Assembly: GCA_030704615.1 (NCBI GenBank)
Contig: CM060733.1
Span: 42,408,001 to 42,472,000, forward strand
Source of the DNA: Takakia lepidozioides
Lineage: Eukaryota; Plantae; Bryophyta
Direction of reading: 5' to 3'
DNA length: 64,000 nucleotides
Shown one piece after another: positions 60,428-64,000 of this stretch (position 1 is the stretch's first letter; the number at the start of each line of letters is the position of its first letter). Both the position numbers and the translations under genes were made by a program. A model generated the notes under the pieces. It did no database searches. It saw only the letters and a list, made by a program, of their open reading frames with translations, and was not told the origin of the DNA.

Positions 60428-61423
60428 GGGGAGGTCACTCCCTATCTAGTTTCCTAGGCACGTGAGGCAAATAGGCATTTTCTATGGGGGTATTAATTTT
60501 ATTTTCTGGATTTTTGCCACCATATTATTACATAATTTTGTAATATGACATATTTTCTGTAGGCTATATTATTTATATTTTATAGCAGATAACAAATATT
60601 GGACACCCTATATTAACCTGAAAATAAATAAAATAAAATACGGGTAAGTAAAAATACGGGGTAATGAATTTTTTATTTGCTGGAAACAAATTTATCCAAA
60701 GTAGATGCATCAGCATCATTTAAAGTATAAAAGTTTTGAGCAAAATCACATCTCATAGTAACTGAACTAATAATCGAATTTATATTTATCCACTTGCTGT
60801 CAGTTACATCATATTTGAATTTCAGATGCCCTCTAGATTTTGAGAAGTAGTTGAGAAGCACCATGATTGTTGTGGCTGGTTTGTTAAGGAGATCAACTGG
60901 TTGTCGAGAGACCTCCCACCTGCTCCATATCTTTCTGCTTATTTTTTGTATTCTGCCTATCCACCATGTCTCTCAAAACCTATGGGCCGCCATGCTTGTG
61001 TTGCCATCCTTCCCTCTCAATCTACGCTTCTCCATTGTCACGTCCTGCAAGCTTCAAAACCTATGGGCCACAATGCTTGCACCACTGAGCGCACAACCCT
61101 TTCTTTCTGTCTGTCTAGCACAATGTCACCACGAATTGCAGCCGACAGGAGAGAGGGAAGCCTAAGGTTGTTGTGCACATGCGCCTACGCCCTCTCCGCT
61201 GCGTGTCACTGATCGACACGTGTCCATTTAATTTATCTTCATCCTATATTAGTTTTAATTTTTTTGAAGAATCCGTCTTCATTTTGGACCCTATATTAAT
61301 TTAAATGTGGTGCCGCCAATATATTAGTACCCTATAAATATATTCTAAATTTTATTTTCTCAGAATTTTGGGCACCCTATATTTTTTTGCACGTCAAGTG
61401 GTAATATTTGGAAGTGACCCCCC
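60428..61423. mobile_element. Possible non-autonomous TIR element (about 1 kb)
   Basis: GGGGAGGTCACTCC versus reverse complement GGGGGGTCACTTCC; AT-rich ends with repeated ACCCTATA; no clear target-site duplication. Confidence 0.4.
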
Positions 61424-61767
61424 TTTGGATTTCTTCTTTCTATGGAAGATGAAAGGATGTGTCATGTACCATGCTGGAACTGAAACTGTTTCTCAGAACA
61501 AATGACATTGCTCCAAGAGTCTAGGTGTTTATCCTCATGGCATTTTGTAGGACATTAGAGAACCAATATTTGTGCAGAGGTGAAGGGAAGTTAGAGTAAC
61601 CGTTTGATTGCTTTTGCAAGAGATGGTGCTCGATGGCGGTGGCAAGGGATTCCCATTTCTCTCCAAACTGGTGTACCGAAGATGGAGGGTTGGCTGCCTC
61701 ATCAGAATTCAGAAGAAAACTCGCCATGTCTGTCTGATTCGAGTTATGCCAGGAGCTCCTGAGCTTT

Positions 61768-64000
61768 TGGCGGTCGTGATTTTGATGTCATCAAACATGG
61801 AACCATAGTTCCGTAACCAGGACCGGAGGCTCTTTTCGGAGCCTACCAGATGCCAAAGCCGTTGTCGATATAGCGCTTAAGATAAAGCAACTCTCGCTCC
61901 GATGGGCACACGTACTCCATGTACATCTCCAATCGACAAAGGAACAAACAAGCATAAACAACTGCAAAGTTGCTCCCCATCGCCGTCCCGCGAATTTGGT
62001 GCCAAAAACTATCATTGAACTCAAGGTAATGGTGTCTCAAGACTAATCCAGCGAGGGTCAGGATCAAGTCTTCTTTGTGTTTGGTGAAATTACCTCCAAT
62101 AGCACATTCAAGCTCATACAAGCCAAGCTCGGTGATGATGCTGGGATACAGATTCCACGTCAAACGTAAAAAGAAGAGCATGCGAGGGGACCTCGAGTTG
62201 GGAAACCTCTCGAAAAAGCGTGAGAGAATCAACCAAATGAGTGGGTTCCTTGAGAAGTACTGGAAGGAGTTGGTGATGGAGCCAAATTGAAGCATGCTCG
62301 AAGATGTAATTGTTGTAGGAACAAATGGGTCTTCCAGCAAGCACGGGTTTGTGTGGAATGAAGTATAAAGCACAAGCTTGAAAGTCCATGGATGACCGAG
62401 GGCGTTGGCGGATGTAATTCCATTCTTTGGTGGAGATCGCAAACCTGTAGATTGGATGACAAGATAGCACTTCCAACCTCGACCAAAGTTCTTCCCACGG
62501 TACGGAATCCACGGGACGATAAACTTCGGTGTCTGAGAGTTGCCGCATCGCCTCTTGCATGTACCAAGACTTGTCCATAAGCACAAGACCAAGATTTTTG
62601 TCGGCCGGCTTGATAACAAGGTCCGGATCCGACCTCAATCTTTTGAGAGCAAGTCTCAAGTGTCTCGGCAGACAAGGTCGTGCATTGCGGGCGATTTGAT
62701 CCAAACGGCTAGACAAAAGATCATTACCTTCTCGAATGATGGCCTCGAGCGGTTGAGATTCCACTGGCGGATTGAATGATGGATTCGGAACGCGCCAAAG
62801 AGGAACCTCATCGTTGTCTTTGCCGGAGAAGAACGTTTGCAACCTCAAGCTTCGAGCAAAATTGTTGAATTCGGTGATGATTGAAGATCGGGAAGGGGGA
62901 AGAGGACGAGGAATGTAATTGAGACCAAGGCCCAGGAGTTGTCGCTCCGTAAAGGAGAGAACCCTCTTGCTATATCGACGACGACTTTGGCATCTGGGTA
63001 GGCTCCGAAAAAAGCCTCCAGTCCTGGTTACGGAACTACGGTTCCATGTTTGATGGCATCAAAATCACGACCGCCATAAGCCCGACGTCCGCCGACATCT
63101 TGGATATCACATTCTTCAAAGGAGACGATTTCATCCAAACTCGACGGCTCTCTATTAGATGTCATCAAAAAGCCCAGAACAAGTATCAATACTTGCCTTG
63201 GTCCTCGTGGCATCCACATCACCAAAAGAAAGATTTCGTCATCGGCGAGCTCCAACGGTACGTAATACGAGAAAGCACCATCCAAGGGTTCAACCATTTG
63301 CGACTTTTGTTTTACAAACGTCTTCAAGCCCGAGGTTATCCGGCGGCGTTCATCCGGAGTTGTTTTACCAAGATCTCCTACGACCTCAGATCCGCTCTAC
63401 TCGACCAACAGACGCAACGCGTAGTTGAGGGTAAACGGGCCCCCCTTGTTCTTAAGCTCGACTACTCTTCGTACACTCGAGCTTTAAACTTGGGGGCCAC
63501 CCTAAACCCTAGACTCTACGAGTTGCTTCAGCAAGTCCTGGAGCTTCGGTTTCTTCCTCGAGCAATGATTTGTTGGAGGAATCGCGAAAGCTGAGTTCAT
63601 TCTTAGTTAAATCTAGAATGATAGGATGATTTTGTAGTGCAAATGTCCCTAGCATTATTAATTTTGCCTCTTTGATAGCCCTAGTATTGATGTTAAAGTC
63701 AAAGGGTTCCAACAATTAATTTGGACCATTGACTAATTAATGCAGTCTTGACTTGGAGGCTAAATTAGTGCTTTAGTGGCATTATTATTGCCTTGGGAAT
63801 TATCCCATATCGTTTGCACATAGTGAAGGTGCTTTTCTAGTATATAAGGATAGGCTTGGCTCTTAGGACTTCATCTCTTGGTGTTCCACTGATGAGCTTG
63901 AGCAATCAAGCGAAACTTGTTTGGAATAAAACACCTTAACTCTTTTTGTGTCTCCACACTTAGAGAAGTTGAGAGTCTAGTCCTTGCCCGCCCGGGCAAC
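61768..64000. mobile_element. Interstitial PLE family A copy with 5' inversion (61768-62974 minus; 62969-64000 plus)
   Basis: RT N-half on minus, RT C-half and pLTR on plus; GCTATA microhomology at the junction; no telomeric tract. Confidence 0.92.
63884..63926 (+). ncRNA. Minimal hammerhead ribozyme (family A), TATA at 63840-63847
   Basis: TTCCA-CTGATGA-GCTTGA GCAA TCAAGC-GAAAC TT GTT-TGGAA. Confidence 0.9.

Overview
Plant nuclear DNA with Arabidopsis-type TTTAGGG repeats; the species cannot be determined from the sequence. (1) 1-14.8 kb is a polarised telomere-retroelement array. Antisense copies of endonuclease-lacking Penelope-like elements (PLEs) alternate with short (TTTAGGG)n tracts. 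Two coding families are present: A (intact ORF1 12950-14002 and RT 11094-13205, minus strand) and B (plus strand 14821-19528 and 44076-45421). A third family, C, is a 1157-bp unit with no RT or full ORF1, related to the B terminal repeat. All three carry a TATA box followed by a minimal hammerhead ribozyme, and an element-encoded CCCTAAAC just upstream of the ORF1 start or its remnant, which is where most copies join the telomeric tracts. Three features go beyond the textbook picture: a conserved -1 ribosomal frameshift signal (G_GGA_AAC/U plus hairpin) fusing ORF1 to RT in A and B; the RT-less ribozyme tandem unit C; and a recurrent non-element, non-telomeric CTCACAAG linker in front of added telomere tracts, possibly a footprint of telomerase RNA. 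(2) 19.5-46.8 kb is a patchwork of Ty3/Gypsy, Ty1/Copia and PLE fragments in both orientations, with a 500-N gap, a ~1-kb LTR palindrome and a 3.8-kb block duplicated at 52.9-56.7 kb. (3) 47.2-51.1 kb is a multi-exon DNA primase small-subunit pseudogene, followed by degraded Gypsy/Copia sequence, a possible TIR element, and an interstitial 5'-inverted family-A PLE copy (61.8-64 kb). All alignments and structures were read by eye; no searches were run.
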